Of a DNA stretch of 64,000 bases, positions 62,771 to 64,000 are shown one piece after another (the first letter of the stretch is position 1; the number at the start of each line of letters is the position of its first letter). Under the pieces are notes generated by a model. That model made no database searches. It saw nothing but the letters and a program-made list of their open reading frames with translations, and had not been told where the DNA came from. The DNA lies in the NCBI GenBank assembly GCA_013265495.1, contig MU058418.1, positions 1,452,917-1,516,916 of the forward strand. Direction: 5' to 3'. The stretch comes from Vicugna vicugna. Taxonomy: Eukaryota. The translations under genes and the position numbers were made by a program.

Positions 62771-63190
62771 CCACCTCTCTGTGACTATTCTCTGTCATGT
62801 CAGATAGGTTCTGTGAGCAGCTGGGTAGAGGCTGGGGCATATTTTGGGGGAGGATGTCTGATTGCAACGCACTCATAAAGATTGATCCCAAATCTGTGAG
62901 TGTGTGTTGGCAGAGAGGTGGGGACAAAACAGAGAGGATAAAGATTTACATCAACATGATTGCTTTTTTAAAACAGGACCGTTTGCGAAGGCTTTCTTTT
63001 CTGTTTAGAGTGAAAGGCACTCCATGTTGTCATTTACAGAGCAGTTCTGCAAGAGAGCTTCAGGGCAACTCCAAAAACCATTGCCATCTGGTTCTTGTGA
63101 CTCTGGCTGGTTCCAGATGAAGTTTCTTTTGTCACCTGTTCCACTCCCATCATCAAGTCTCTACTCTCTGTATGAGGAGGAGGGGAAGTT

Positions 63191-63245
63191 GAACATTAAA
63201 TAGTAGGGAACATTAAACATTAGGAAACATTAAATATTAGGAAAC
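63191..63245. repeat. 17-bp minisatellite, about 3 copies
   Basis: gaacattaaatagtagg / gaacattaaacattagg / aaacattaaatattagg. Confidence 0.9.
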
Positions 63246-63320
63246 TCAAAGGAAAAAGCAAAAGAGCTCGATATTGCAGTCTGCTCTCCCGAGATCTGCA
63301 GCCCAGGAATGATGAAGGGA

Positions 63321-63339
63321 GACTGCCACCTACGGGCCA
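63321..63339 (-). promoter_or_regulatory. Candidate CTCF site
   Basis: Reverse complement TGGCCCGTAGGTGGCAGTC has one mismatch to CCRSYAGRKGGCRS; lies in a CpG-retaining patch. Confidence 0.5.
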
Positions 63340-64000
63340 GGTTCCAGGGGAGCCTGCACATGGGGTTCGGCCAGAGAGATGCCGGAAGGAGTCTTCGTGA
63401 AACGGTCGACACACCCTCTCCCTGCAGACAGAAACACTCTCAACTCATTCACTACAAATGAGCATTTTCCTGATTTAAAGAACAGTTTTTCCCCCCATAA
63501 GTACATGATCTTGGAAGCTAAATTATGTGTATAAAGAAAATAACAGACACCTCTGGACCCACCACCACACTAAACAGCTGCTTATATCATTTGGCATCTA
63601 GGTGCCACAGCAGGTGCCACTCCCGCCCAACACCTAAAATTTTATGGCTGCTTAATAAAAATGAATTAGCGTAATGAATGAGAGACAAGCACCATCCTGC
63701 TGTGCCAACCTAGTAGAAAAACAATAGGATAAGAACAACCTTGCAAATATCAAACGCATTACAGAGCATGCCTGTGAGGGGTGGGAGGGATGGGAAAGGA
63801 GAGTGGGACTGGGCACAGAGGAGAAAATAAAGTAAAATAAAACTAGAGAGGGGCCTCACATATGGTAATGGTAATGGATAAGAACGGAAGAGTGTAGCTG
63901 AGTCAATTCTGTTCCCAAAGTGAAAAAGAAAATTTACAGAAGTTGAGCTTGTATGAGGGGGGGAATCTATGGTGTTACAGTGATTCCAGTGGTATCACAC

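Noticed and set aside
62508..62927. ORFs with CV/ER/SL/HT repeats
   Set aside because: Translations of the (CT)n(CA)n microsatellite.

Overview
This is repeat-rich, non-coding mammalian DNA (intergenic or deep intronic), most likely from a camelid. The lineage call rests on a full tRNA-derived Vic-1-type SINE at 22060-22225 and a short relative at 41265-41343. I cannot support any intact protein-coding gene, multi-exon structure, CpG island, rRNA, tRNA gene or CRISPR array. The ORF track consists of short chance ORFs plus decayed L1/L2 ORF2 fragments. A large part of the window is ancient eutherian repeats (L1M, L2, MIR, MLT1, LTR16/LTR33, ERV1 LTR, hAT MITEs), several nested with readable target-site duplications (TSDs). 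Repeat subfamily names come from recalled consensus sequences, not a database search. The most notable unique-sequence signals are: a perfect 34-bp tandem duplication beside an NRF2/AP-1 element (5881-6070), a GC3-rich coding-like segment (9443-9590), an unusual ~80-bp SINE variant, and a composite candidate regulatory block at 63190-63800. I found no convincing novel biological system.
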